Assembly (NCBI GenBank): GCA_951406725.2
Contig: OX597823.1
Span: 81,468,001 to 81,532,000 of the forward strand
Direction of reading: 5' to 3'
Source of the DNA: Octopus vulgaris
Taxonomy: Eukaryota
Length of the DNA: 64,000 nucleotides
Shown here: positions 51,945 to 64,000 of the stretch, in pieces
How the letters are laid out: each line of letters starts with the position of its first letter
Numbering within the stretch: the first letter of the stretch is position 1
Made by a program: the position numbers and the translations under genes
Notes under the pieces: model-generated
The model's input: only the letters and a program-made list of their open reading frames with translations
Told to the model about the DNA's origin: nothing
Database searches by the model: none

Positions 51945-52590
51945 GATGTAGACATAGATATATACACACGCAGACACATATATGCATGCATATATGTATG
52001 TATTATATATGTGTGTATGTCTATGTGTGTATATGCATGTGTGTGTTTGTATATATATATATATTTATGTGTGCATGTGTGTATGTATGTGTGTGTATGT
52101 GTGTGTATATATATATACACACACATATATGAATGCATATATGTATGTATTATATATTTGTGTGTGCGTGTGTATGCATATATACATACATACATGTGTG
52201 TATATCTGGTTTGTATAAACTATGCTATCTAATTGATAACCAGCTAACAGTACTTCTTCTCCACCCCTTCACAAATATCATTAATCACAATATATATTTA
52301 TTACGAAAAACAACAACACAACAAATAGAACAACAAACAATGGCATTATTTTTCATTTAATTTTGTATAAATCTTCATGCTTCAATAAGTATATTCTCAT
52401 TTCCTTGTCTGACTAGTCAGTCATTGTGTGTATACAGCTGCTTGTTTTGACTTCTCTTTTACCTTTCAATTTATTTGTCTATCTGTCTATATATGTGTGT
52501 GTGTGTGTATGAGAACAATTTGTAAACAAACTTATAAGCACAGCATGTGTTGGTATTCTACATAAATAGAGAAATTTGAGAATGTGTGTC

Positions 52591-52630
<40 letters not shown>

Positions 52631-54320
52631 CTAGCAGTATCGCTCGGCGTTGCTCGGGTTTGTTTCGACCCGCTGGAATTGTAATTTTGAAAAGTAAAAA
52701 TTTTGTGAACATTTTTCTGGTCGAAATACACCGAAAAGTGGCGACACAGCAGTGAAAAAGTCGTAAAAAATAGGGATTTTCATAGAAAAAAGCATCTTTT
52801 TGATGTAAATAATTTTTGGTGTTAACATGGTCCGATTTGAATTTTATGTTCTACGGAAGGAAGAGCAACCCTTCTACCATACTCTCAATTTTGGTCAACT
52901 TGCGCCGCAGGGTCTCGGAGGAGATAGTGTTAGTTGAAGGTTACCATTCTAGGTGCCTGAGTAACAACCTCGCGGATTTACAGATAAATGAATTAATTAC
53001 TATTTTACAGAATAAAATTAAATAATTCTTGAAAATTAATTAATATTAATATTTTTTGAACAAAGTAAATAATTTTTAAAACTTAAATAATAATTTTTTT
53101 TTACACAAACGCGAACGGGGAAAAGGGGGTAGCGAATTCGATTTACATACCTAAATTTTTTCTTTTTCATGACATTGTAGCAAAATAGTAGTGAATTATA
53201 TAAATACCAGCAGTACATTTTTTTTTCTGGGGTATTTTTTTTCAACCTCGTCACATATTTGCCCCTTTCAATTTAAACAAAGTCTTAATTAAGCAATTAC
53301 GGCAGCTTAGCAATGGTTTCAATACAGGCGTGACATCTGTATCTCAATTGTTCAAAACCCTTCGAATTTTTTCGCACGTGATGATATCATAGTGAAAACT
53401 TTCAATTACACGCGCTTAGAAGTACGCTCGCAAATTAATACTACCAAAATTTTGAAGTTCGCGCTCCGCTTGTGTGTGTGTGTGTGTGCGTGCTTTAGGT
53501 GTACGTAGGTATGTGTTTTTGTGTGTGTGTGTCACTGAAGCCATACATACATATATACATACATAACCTCTCTCTCTCTTTTCTCTCTCAGTCACTCACT
53601 ACAAAAAGTGAATAAAAAAAGTTCAGTTATTTCTGTCTTTCACTCTGTCTGTCTCTTTACACACACTAACAAAAGCACTTCACTTACACACCACACTTTC
53701 TGTGTCGCACAACCCATTAAACACACACACACACACACACACACACTCACGCACGCACACATGTACATCAATGCTTTCGGAGTGAAATGTTAAAATATTG
53801 AGTTTTCTCGAATTTTGTCTTAATTGGGGGTGAAATTGAAAGAAATATATTATGGCATGACCGAATGGAGTACTTTGAAAAATCTTAGGTAAACTCTAAT
53901 TGAAGAAATTGTGTGAGGAGTAAATCGTTATGTATTTATTTGTTTCTGTTTGCTGTGTTTTTTTATTTTTTGAGTAGTGGTTTAAATACTTTCAGTTTAG
54001 TCTTCCTCAAATCACTCTGTCGCTATTTACTTTCATTTTATTCGTTGCACACTGTGTGTGTGCATGTGCGTGTGGTGTAAACCACATTAAGAAAAGCATT
54101 TGACATACACACCAGAATGTGAGTTTTCTGTAAATTTTGCTTAATTGGAGTTTAAATTTTAAAAACTGGACCTGGCATGACCCAATGCATTCTACTCTTA
54201 AAAATGCTAGGTAAATTGTAATTGAAGAAATCCTATATTGTAGATTTCTATAAGTTACAAAGGGAGGCAGATAAAATCTGCCTTTTATAAAGGGAGGCAG
54301 ATAAATATCTGCCTTTTATA
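52631..54320 (-). mobile_element. Probable non-autonomous Helitron inserted in (TA)n
   Basis: Minus-strand 3' end cccgagcaacgccgagcgatactg-CTAG|T (GC hairpin plus CTAG); CpG-rich body; internal diverged duplication (53800-53910 vs 54120-54232); hairpin aggcagat..atctgcct duplicated at the other end. Confidence 0.6.
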
Positions 54321-54363
54321 TATATATATATATATGTATATATATGTATGTATATATATATAT

Positions 54364-54607
54364 ACTTTTACTCTTTTACTTGTTTCAGTCATTTGACTGT
54401 AGCCATGCTGGAGCACTGCCTTTAGTCGAGTAAATCGACCCCAGGACTTATTCTTTGTAAGCCTAGTACTTATTCTGTTGGCCTCTTTTGCTGAACCACT
54501 AAGTTACAGGGAAGTAAACATACCAGCATCAGTTGTCAAGCAATATTGGGGTGAGAAACACAGATGCACAAACACACACACATGCATATATATACATGTA
54601 CATACAC

Positions 54608-54650
<43 letters not shown>

Positions 54651-54813
54651 CGACAGGCTCCTTTCAGTTTCCATCTACCAAATCCACTCACAAAGCTTTG
54701 GTTGGCCCGAGGCTATAGTGGAAGACACTTGCCCAAGGTGCCATGCAGTGGGATTAAACCTGGAACCATGTGGCTGGTAAGGAAGCTACTTACCACACAG
54801 CCACTCCTGTGCC
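54364..54813 (-). mobile_element. SINE family A, full length
   Basis: As other family A copies. Confidence 0.9.
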
Positions 54814-55608
54814 TATATATACAGATGCACACATACATACATGCACACTCACACACACACATACACACACTATGTAAATGCGAGGGTATGTGGTTATGTG
54901 TGTTTAACCTTGAAAGGCTCCGAATTAGTGTATTCTCTAGAAAAACAAATTTCATTATCAAAATTGGTGTCCCAAAGAGAATGTCATCCATAAAAAATTT
55001 AAATTACATTTTTTGTTGTTGCTTAAATCCGAACAATGCACCACTACATCATCATTCCATAAAATGTGTTTATGGGGAGAAAATGAGGAAGGCACCTGGT
55101 GGTCTTGTGATGTGCTAGAAACAACAGCTAAATCACCCTTAAATCTCACACCATTTCGTCTGGAAATTATCTTGAAATTATAAACATAAACAAATAGCAG
55201 ATTCAGACAGTCTGTATTTTAAAACTACGATTATAAACAATTCAGAAAGAAGCTGAAAGTTTATTAAGGTGAGGGTGGGGGTAATTGAAAAAATTAATAG
55301 AATTTCACTATTGTTTTTAAATTATGCTTCGTTTTCTATTTGAAAATAAAGGAAATAGCAATTGTAATGGTTTCCAAATTTTTTTAACCTTCAAGGCTTC
55401 TATTGTTTTTTAGTGTGTAGTGAAAAAATAAATGGTAAAAAGTGGCATTGAGTGGAGAAAGGGGGAGTCGAAAAATATTCATAAATTTTCAAAATTAATT
55501 TTACTAAATAGCACACTTATGTGTGTGTGCTATTCCAAAAGTCCGTCTAGGCATTCAGATGTGAAAATTAACTACCAACGATGGGATGCTCAGCTTGTGT
55601 GTGTAAGT

Positions 55609-55660
<52 letters not shown>

Positions 55661-55736
55661 CCACACATATATATACACACACACATACATGCACACACAC
55701 GCACACACACACACATATATATGTATATATTTTCAC

Positions 55737-56920
55737 TGATGACCACACCCTCCCTCTTTTCTTATTTCTTCCATCCTATTTCCTAAAATTGACTCTTTTG
55801 AAAGGCCACCAGCCCTTGTAAGAAAATGTGTTTATTTACAAATATGTTGATAGGTATACAATGGAAAAAGAAAAAAAGAAAAATACTTTGTAATGAAATT
55901 TCAATGTCTTGACCACACCAGAGTGAAAAGAAACATCTCCCCACTCTCTCTCTATTTATCTGTCTTTTACCCAGCCTTTATTATTATTTTTTATCCTCTT
56001 TCTTGATTGTTCTGAAACCTTTCTCACTATCTAGTTCTCCCCCCACTTTTCTTTTCTTTCTTTCTTTCTCCCTTTTTCAAAAAAGCAACAATAAATACCT
56101 TAGGGATGAGAACCCAGGTTTGAAATTTCCCCAAGACACCTGATGAGGGCTGGAGGGTATATCAGCCAAAACTTTGTGTTAGCAACAAAGAAGATGAGGA
56201 CAAATATCTGTCAAATGTAAATAATGTACATAATTCCTCATCTCTTAAATATAGAACTGAACAACAACCATGTTAATAACATGATACCTCTATAAATGAT
56301 TATATATATATAACATTGGGATTTTTACAACTGTTGTTTTTATAGAACTTACATATATTCGAGAAAGAATACTAGAACTACTTTACCACTGATTAGGAAA
56401 GACGTCTAATGTAGCTACTTGGCAAAGTAATTCATGATTCTGACTTTATTTTCCTAATTTATGAATATTGTACTGATATTTAATGTTTGTTCATGCAAAA
56501 CAAAAAAATTACACAGAATATGGGACTTGGCTATACAGTGTAAAAGAATATGCATTTTCATAGGACTTTGAACTCTTTTTTATTTCTCAGTGATGACAGC
56601 ACCCTACCCCATTTTCTTATTTCTTCCATCTTACTTCCTAAATTTGACACCTTTGAAAGGTCACCAACCCTTGTGAGAAAATGTGTTTACAAATATGTTG
56701 ATAAGTATACAAGGAAAAAAAAAGAAAGGTGAAAGTAAAAAAGAAAAATACTTTGTAATGAAATTTCAGTGAATTGACCACACCAAATTGAAAAGAAACC
56801 TCTCTCTCTATCTATCTGTCTAACCTTTCCCAAACCTTTATTATTATTATTTTTTTTTTTTTCTCCTCTTTCTTGATTGTCCTGAAACCTCTCTCTCTAT
56901 CTAATCCCCACCGCTTTGCT
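55737..56920. repeat. Two diverged ~310-bp direct repeats (55737-56050 and 56591-56920)
   Basis: ttcttatttcttccatc...tttgaaagg.cacca.cccttgt..gaaaatgtgttta...gaaaaatactttgtaatgaaatttca...tgaccacacca in both. Confidence 0.8.
56136..56179 (+). ncRNA. Degenerate minimal hammerhead in a second copy of the 22009-22289 element
   Basis: acac-CTGATGA-g-ggctg gagggtatat cagcc-AAAA-ctt-tgtgt; G12 lost, consistent with CpG decay. Confidence 0.5.
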
Positions 56921-57184
56921 TTGCTTCTGAACTTAATTCTCTATCAGTAAATATATATATTCACTATAAAAATTATGAATGATTTAGTGAATGTGTATAT
57001 AAAAAATTAATATAGACAGCTGTGTGCAATGTGTTATCAAAAAGGAAAACTAAATTGTCACTAAATATGATTAGGTTGTTAGAAACACCTACATTGCTAG
57101 AAATATAAGTTAGACATGGCCAGGACCAATCTTTGGTCGAAATATATCTAAGTTATCTAAATTATAAGTTATCTAAATTATATG

Positions 57185-57227
<43 letters not shown>

Positions 57228-57230
<3 letters not shown>

Positions 57231-57717
57231 TCATAAGAAGTATCAGATGTGGTGTGCAAGAGAGATGACTGAGCTGGTATGGTCATGTGATGTGCATGGA
57301 TGAGGACAGCTGTGTGAAGAAGTGCCAATCTCTAATGGTGGAGGGAACCTGTGGAAGAGGTAGACTCAGAAAGACTTAGGATGAGGGGATGAAGCATGAT
57401 CTTCATATGTTGGGCGTCATGGAGACAATGACAAGTGGATGAGACCTTTGGCAATATGCTGTGCTTGAGAAGACCTGTCAAACCAAGTGAAATCATAGTC
57501 ATGACTGAATCCAGTGTTATGTAACTGGCATCTCTGCTGGTGGCACATAAAGTGCACTCACTACACTCTTGGAGTGGTTGGCATTAGGAAGGATGTCCAG
57601 CCATTGGAACCATGCCAAATCAGATTGGAACCTGGTGCAGCTCTCCAGCTTACCAGTTTTCAGTCAAACCGTCCAACCCATACCAGCATGGAAAGTGGAT
57701 AATAAATGATAGTGATG
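57228..57717 (+). mobile_element. RTE LINE 3' end (ORF terminus plus UTR)
   Basis: IRSIRCGVQER*LSWYGHVMCMDEDSCVKKCQSLMVEGTCGRGRLRKT*DEGMKHDL...AVLEKT followed by the RTE tail. Confidence 0.85.
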
Positions 57718-58016
57718 ACCTCTCCTTCTCTATCTCTCTGTCTCTATCTATCTATACATACATATATACATATATATGCACATATTTTGTGGGTATTCAT
57801 TTCATATGTACATTATACTACACTCATGGAGTGGTTGACATTAGGAAGGGCATCCAGCTGTAGAAACACTGCCAAATCAGACTAGAGCCTGGTGCAGTCT
57901 CCATGGCTTACCAGACCTCGGTCGAACTGTCCAACCCATGCCAGCATGGAAAACGGACGTTAAATGATGATGATGATGATTATACATATATTACCTGTGC
58001 GTGTGTGTGGTTGTGA

Positions 58017-58063
<47 letters not shown>

Positions 58064-59167
58064 GGTGTTGCAGTTTGTGAAACCAGGAAGACCCTTTATT
58101 CAAATATTTATTCAATACAAGTGGGGAGCAAAATAAATGTATTTATTTTCAGTTCATTCTCCACTTCAGTAGGTGAAGCGGAAATAATTTAAAATGTATA
58201 TCATGAGAAGCCTTAAACTGAAGGCATATGGGGCACGCATACATTCATGTTTGGTTTGCACCAGCTCACACTGCATCCATACTGTCGCGCATTTATGAAT
58301 TTCACGCTTACTGAAGACCATCGACAGTCATAGAAGCAGTTGTTTGTGAGAGATAATATGTGTATGTATGTGTATATGTAGGTGTCTGCTTCCTTGTGGA
58401 TGTAGATGTATTATATATGGTGTGTACATGTATGTCATATGGATGAATATTTTCTCTTATACATTAAGTGTATATATTGCTTGGATAGAGTTATGTTTAT
58501 GGACGTGTGTGACTTAATGAATTGTGCTGATAAATGTGTGTGTGTGTGTGCTTCAGTAGTAGTGTTTAATATGTGCATACATTCAAAGTGTCTATATATT
58601 AATGCCATCAGTGTGTTCATGTGGAGTGTATGTATATGATTTATTGCATTAACGAGCATCTGTGTACGCATATGTATCTATGTGTGGGGAGGTGTATGTA
58701 ATGAATATAAAGGCTAGTGGAGTTTGTTGTGTTAATTAGTGTGTTTGTACGGTGTGTTTATATGGTCATGTTTGTATAGGTTTTTATTACATGTGACAGT
58801 GTATATGAGATGAAAGTATGTTCATCGGTCAAGCCAAAGCTACTAGTGGTATTTATCATCTCAAATTACAATGAAGAATGAAAGGAGTGGAATTGGGTAT
58901 GCCATTAAGTCAATTTGGAATGCACTCTGAAAATTAACAATATTTCTTCTCATTGTCTGTTTCAGCGGTTAATTTTCTCACTCATCCTATCACTTTCCGT
59001 CTCTCTTTTCCATTCTATAGCTTTGAGCATGATTGTGCTCTGTGACTAGCCTAAGATACCTTCAGTTAATATACAGAATTTGTATATAATTGTTGAGGTG
59101 TACGCAGAGCAGAACAGCGATAGTCCAAACAATAACATATTTATTCATTGTTAATCCATTCTCACTG

Positions 59168-59301
59168 ATTCATCATCACCACCACCATCATCATCATCAT
59201 CATCATCATTACTGTTATCATCATTACTGTCATTATCATTACTGTCATCATCATCATCATCATCATCAGTGTCATCATCATCATCATCATCATCATCACT
59301 G

Positions 59302-59340
<39 letters not shown>

Positions 59341-59386
59341 CTGTCATCATCATCATCATCATCATCATCATCACTGTCATCATCAT
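59168..59386. repeat. (CAT)n microsatellite
   Basis: Direct reading. Confidence 0.92.
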
Positions 59387-59743
59387 TTAATAATCATTTT
59401 CCATGCTGGCTTGGGTTCGATGGTTTGATTGGAGATAGCAAGCTGCAGCGCTGCACCAGGCTCCAGTTGGTTTTGGCTTGGTCTCTACGGCTGGATGCCC
59501 AAATGTTAATATCTGATATCTGTTGTTTGTATTCAGTTCTCTGGGCCATTTCTATTATATTCTCTTTCCTGTAACTTAAAGTTATGACCTGATACCTCTT
59601 CCCCACCATTATCACTCTTTTCCTAACTGGAGTAGCCATGTGTGCAAGCCATGTGTATATATATATATGTGTCTGCAAGACAGCAGGACACTTGTTCCTG
59701 TCTCTCAATCATACTTTAATCTCACATATTCCAGCAAAAAGCT

Positions 59744-60145
59744 ACATCATTATCATCATCATTGTTTAACGTCCGCTTTCCTTGCTGGCATGGGTTGGAC
59801 GATTTGACTGAGGACTGGCAAACCAGATGGCTGCACCAGGCTCCAATCTGATCTGGCAGAGATTTTACAGCTGGATGCCCTTCCTAACGCCAACCACTAT
59901 GAGAGTGTAGTGGGTGCTTTTACATGCTACCGGCATGAGGGCCTATCTAGTGGTACTGGCAATGGCCACACACAAATGGTGTTTTTTTTCGTGCCATATG
60001 CACAGGAGCCAGTCCAGCAGCACTGGCAATGACCTCGCTCGAATGTTTTTTCACGTGCCAGTAAGGCGACGCTGGTAACGATCACGCTCAAATGGTACTT
60101 TTTACGTGCCACCGGCACAGAAACCAGACGACTGCTCTGGCAGTG
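59744..60145 (-). mobile_element. RTE LINE 3' UTR with four tandem units
   Basis: Reverse complement of the 3595-4140 structure. Confidence 0.78.
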
Positions 60146-60799
60146 ATCCCCTCTCTCAATATTACACTTTGCTTGGTTGATTGGGGTTTTGCATTTTGGG
60201 TTACTTGGTGACCTCTCTAGTGCTGGTGCCACATTAAAATCACCTAATACATTCTGTGAAGTTGTTGGTGTTAGGAGGGGCCTTGAGCTGTAGAGACCAT
60301 GCCAAAGCAGACATTGGAACTTGGCACAGCCCTCTGGTTTATTGGCACCTCTCAAGCCATTGCACCCATGCCAGCATGGAAGGTGGAGGTTGACCGATGA
60401 TGATGGTAATGATGGTAGAGAACATGTCCTCCCCTCACACTGGTGAACTGTATGTGTGTATGTGTTATGAATGCACACAATTCACTAGTGTAAGGGGACT
60501 TTAAGAAACCCCATTGTGTTTCTTCTGTCAGACCAATGCATCTAACAAGAGCACAATGAAATCAAAGCATGGCATTGTCTTGGAGTACCCTTGCATCTGT
60601 GAATTGCAATGTGTTTTGAACACACATAACCTAAAAGAGGTGGTATTCTCCATTGACGAAAAAAAACCCCCAGCAATTAGATGTTCTAATTTCATTCTGC
60701 TAGAACTTATTAAGAATTAACAAGTTACATTATAGAATTTTATCATAATTATTTATTTACATATCAGGGTGATGAGCTGGCAGAATTAGTAGAGCATCA

Positions 60800-61031
60800 A
60801 GGCGGTTAGCTGGCAGAAACGTTAGCATGCCGGGTGAAATGATTAGCGGTATTTTGTCTGCCACTATGTTCTGAGTTCAAATTTCGCCAAGATCGACTTT
60901 GCCTTTCATCCTTTTGGGGTCGATTAAACAGGTACCAGTTACACACTGGGGTCAATATAATCAACTCAATCCCTTTGTCTGTCCTTGTTTGTCTCCTCTG
61001 TGTGTAGTCCCTTGTGGGTAGTAAAGAAATA
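60800..61031 (+). mobile_element. Family B SINE nested in an older family B SINE, 18-bp TSD
   Basis: agaattagtagagcatca at 60782-60799 and 61032-61049. Confidence 0.88.
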
Positions 61032-62039
61032 AGAATTAGTAGAGCATCAGACAAAAGGCGGTGCTCCAGCATGGCCACAGTCAATTGACTGAAACAAGTA
61101 AAAGAATAAAAGAATAAAATGTCATGTGCTTCTTTCATCTCATTACGTTCTGGCTTCAAATCTTACCAAATTTATCTTTTGGCTTTCATCTCTATGGGGC
61201 TGATAAAATAAAGTACCGGTTAAGTGCTCTGCTTGATAATATCAACTAAATTCTTCTTTGCCAAAACTACTGGCCTTCTGCCTAAATTCGAAAAGAAATT
61301 TGTATTAAATAACCAACAAACAAACTAAGTAATAATAATAATAATGATAATGGTTTCAAATTTTGGCATAAGGTCAGCTATTTCAGGGGATGGGATTAGT
61401 CAATAACATCGACCCCAGTGCTTAAAGGATGAAAGGCAAAGTCAACCTTGGCAGAATTTGAACTCAGAATGTAACAACAGGTGAAATACTGCTAAGCATT
61501 TTACCTGGCATACTAACAATTCTGCCAGATTGCTGCCTTAATGATAATAATAATAATAATAATGTTATCATGTACATTGTTTTGTCTTGGTATAAAAGAT
61601 GGGCCACAACAAATATGAAAACAAAAAGGAAAAGATATACCTATAAAGGGACTGCTGCAACCAACAAAAAAAAGCTCAAAATATCCCCCCAAAACAGATA
61701 TTCTACATACATATATATAAGTCATTTCATAACTCAAGACCAAAATACACTTATTTTTCCTGAAGTGATCTAACAATATATAGATTATTGCATCTTTTAA
61801 AGTTATAATTATTGATGATTATTAAATATTGTTATATTGAAACACATATATGTATGTAGAATATCTTTTCTTTTTGATATTTTGGGGTTATTTTGTTGGT
61901 TGAGGCAGTTCTTCTTATACTCTTAGATATATCTTTTCATCTTTTAACTTGAATTACTTTTCCAATTGTAATACAAATAAAACAAACCAAGCACCTTTTT
62001 AATTTTTGTTCACCATTTTTTTTTTACTGACTTTTTAAT

Positions 62040-62083
<44 letters not shown>

Positions 62084-62093
62084 ATTAAAAAGT

Positions 62094-62493
62094 CAGGAGT
62101 GGCTGTGTGGTAAGTATCTTGCTTATGAACCACATGGTTCCGGGTTCATTCCCACTGTGTTGCACCTTGGGCAAGTGTCTTCTAGTATAGTCTCAGGCCA
62201 ACCAAAGCCTTGTGAGTGGATTTGGTAGACGGAAACTGAAAGAAGCCTGTCATATATATGTGTATATATGTGTGTGTGCATATGTTTCTGTGTCTGTGTT
62301 TGTCCACCCAACATTGCTTGACAGCCGATGCTGGTGTGTTTACATCCCCGTAACTTAGCGGTTCAGCAAAAGAGACCGATAGAATAAGTACTAGGCTTCC
62401 AAAGAATAAGTCCTGGGGTCGATTTGCTCGACTAAAGGTGGTGCTCCAGCATGGCTGCAGTCAAATGACTGAAACAAGTAAAAGATTAAAGAG
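62094..62493 (+). mobile_element. SINE family A, near full length
   Basis: caggagtggctgtgtggtaag head to gaaacaagtaaaag tail. Confidence 0.9.
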
Positions 62494-62933
62494 TGTATAT
62501 ATATATATATATATACACACACATATATACACACATATATATATATATACATATGTATGTATATTCACATATACATAGATATATATGTATTTATTTATAA
62601 TATGTATGAAGGTGTGTGAGCTAGTGGCTAGGGTGCTATACTCACAACTCACACTTAGGAGATTGTGGTTTCCATTCCTGGACTGGGCAGTGCTTTGTGT
62701 TCTTGAGCAAAACATGCAAGTATCATCTATGACAGGAAAGCCCATGATATATATGCATGTATGTATGTATGTATGCATGCATGTCTGTCAGTTTCTCTGC
62801 ATATATATATTTATGTATATGTCTTTGTCTGTGTGTTTGTGTATATATATATATATATGTGTATGTATGTATGTATATAATCGAACACATATACACAATG
62901 TATGTGCTTTGCTTGTTCACTCGTTGGCTCCAA

Positions 62934-62964
<31 letters not shown>

Positions 62965-63150
62965 TTGTCTTTGCATGTTTCTGTTTTTATGTCATTCTTT
63001 ACATTGATATTACTTTAAAAAAAATTGCTTTTTGTGTTTATGTCCCATAATTCATGATATGACCAAAGAGAAATTGCTAAAATGACATCGTGTGTATACC
63101 TGCCTGCATTTATGTCTGTGTCTAATGTGATCTTAATTATGCTTTTTCAG

Positions 63151-63359
63151 GTGCTGATAACGTGAGGATTTATTGGGATCGGTACCTTTCAGGTGTGGAT
63201 GCTTTGATTTATGTTGTGAACAGTGCAGATACTGCTGATAATCTTCAGCTTGCAAGCCAAGAATTGACACGAATATTACAGAATAAGCAACTCAATAATG
63301 TTCCACTTCTTCTAATGGCAAATCACCATGACATGGAAGATGCACGGTCCATGGACCAG
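63151..63359 (+). CDS. ARL15: ARL15 internal coding exon (probable exon 4; switch II to G4)
   Basis: Acceptor tttttcag|, donor |gtttgt; 209 nt, phase 1 to 0. Encodes G-ADNVRIYWDRYLSGVDALIYVVNSADTADNLQLASQELTRILQNKQLNNVPLLLMANHHDMEDARSMDQ, matching the ARL15 GADNIRKYWSRY and ANHQD motifs. Confidence 0.94.
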
Positions 63360-63380
63360 GTTTGTTTTTTTTTTGTTTTG

Positions 63381-63778
63381 TTTTATTTGTTTCAGTCATT
63401 TGACTGGGGCCATGCTGGAGCACCGCCTCTAGTCGAGCAAATCGACCCCGGGACTTATTCTTTGTAAGCCCAGTACTTATTCTATCAGTCTCTTTTGCCG
63501 AACCACTAAGTGACGGGGACGTAAACACACCAGCATCGGTTGTCAAGCAATGCTAGGGGGACAAACACAGACACACAAACACATACACACACATATATAT
63601 ATATATACATATATACGACAGGCTTCTTTCAGTTTCCGTCTACCAAATCCACTCACAAGGCATTGGTCGGCCCAGGGCTATAGCAGAAGACACTTGTCCA
63701 AGATGCCACGCAGTGGGACTGAACCCGGAACCATGTGATTGGTTAGCAAGCTACTTACCACACAGCCACTCCTGCGCC
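63381..63778 (-). mobile_element. SINE family A, full length, starting ~20 bp after the ARL15 donor
   Basis: Minus-strand head ggcgcaggagtggctgtgtggtaag; CpGs largely retained. Confidence 0.9.
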
Positions 63779-64000
63779 TACAGAAATTCTCTTTTTTTCT
63801 GTTTTTTTAATTTTACTCTTGTCAGCCGAATACACTGTCATCGGTTAACGGTAAGCACCTAGCAAGCTGAGTTTGTGATGAGGTGGGAGGTTTCACCCCA
63901 GTTCACTTCTGGTCAGAGTGTTTCAGACATCACCACATTATCGTTTTATGGCAATGTTAGTTAATATCTCTTTTCATTTCCTAATACTCTTGGGTGCTAT

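Noticed and set aside
59090-59574. Poly-His, poly-Ser and poly-Met ORFs (also 26074-26516 and 40295-40554)
   Set aside because: Trinucleotide microsatellites, mostly expanded retroelement tails.

Overview
AT-rich, microsatellite-saturated animal genomic DNA. The repeat families (tRNA-headed SINEs with internal (TA)n, RTE LINE tails ending in (GAT)n) suggest an octopus or other coleoid cephalopod; this is inference. The only host protein-coding sequence I can support is three internal exons of an ARL15 orthologue on the + strand (15832-15979, 21763-21822, 63151-63359; 148, 60 and 209 nt; all GT-AG). They are separated by introns of about 5.8 kb and 41.3 kb. The first and last exons were not found. 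Almost everything else is mobile-element debris: at least four SINE families, RTE LINE fragments, a Penelope-like GIY-YIG fossil, mariner and hAT fossils, TTAA-type MITEs and a probable non-autonomous Helitron, often nested. The most interesting signals are RNA-structural: (1) several Penelope-type hammerhead ribozyme motifs, including an inverted pair with a very long stem II and a TSD-flanked element joining a tRNA-like head to a hammerhead; (2) tandem arrays of ~65-nt pseudoknot-capable units in RTE 3' UTRs; (3) inverted SINE pairs bracketing ARL15 exons. Nearly all ORFs in the supplied track are artefacts of simple repeats or SINEs. Repeat boundaries are approximate unless a TSD or TIR is quoted.
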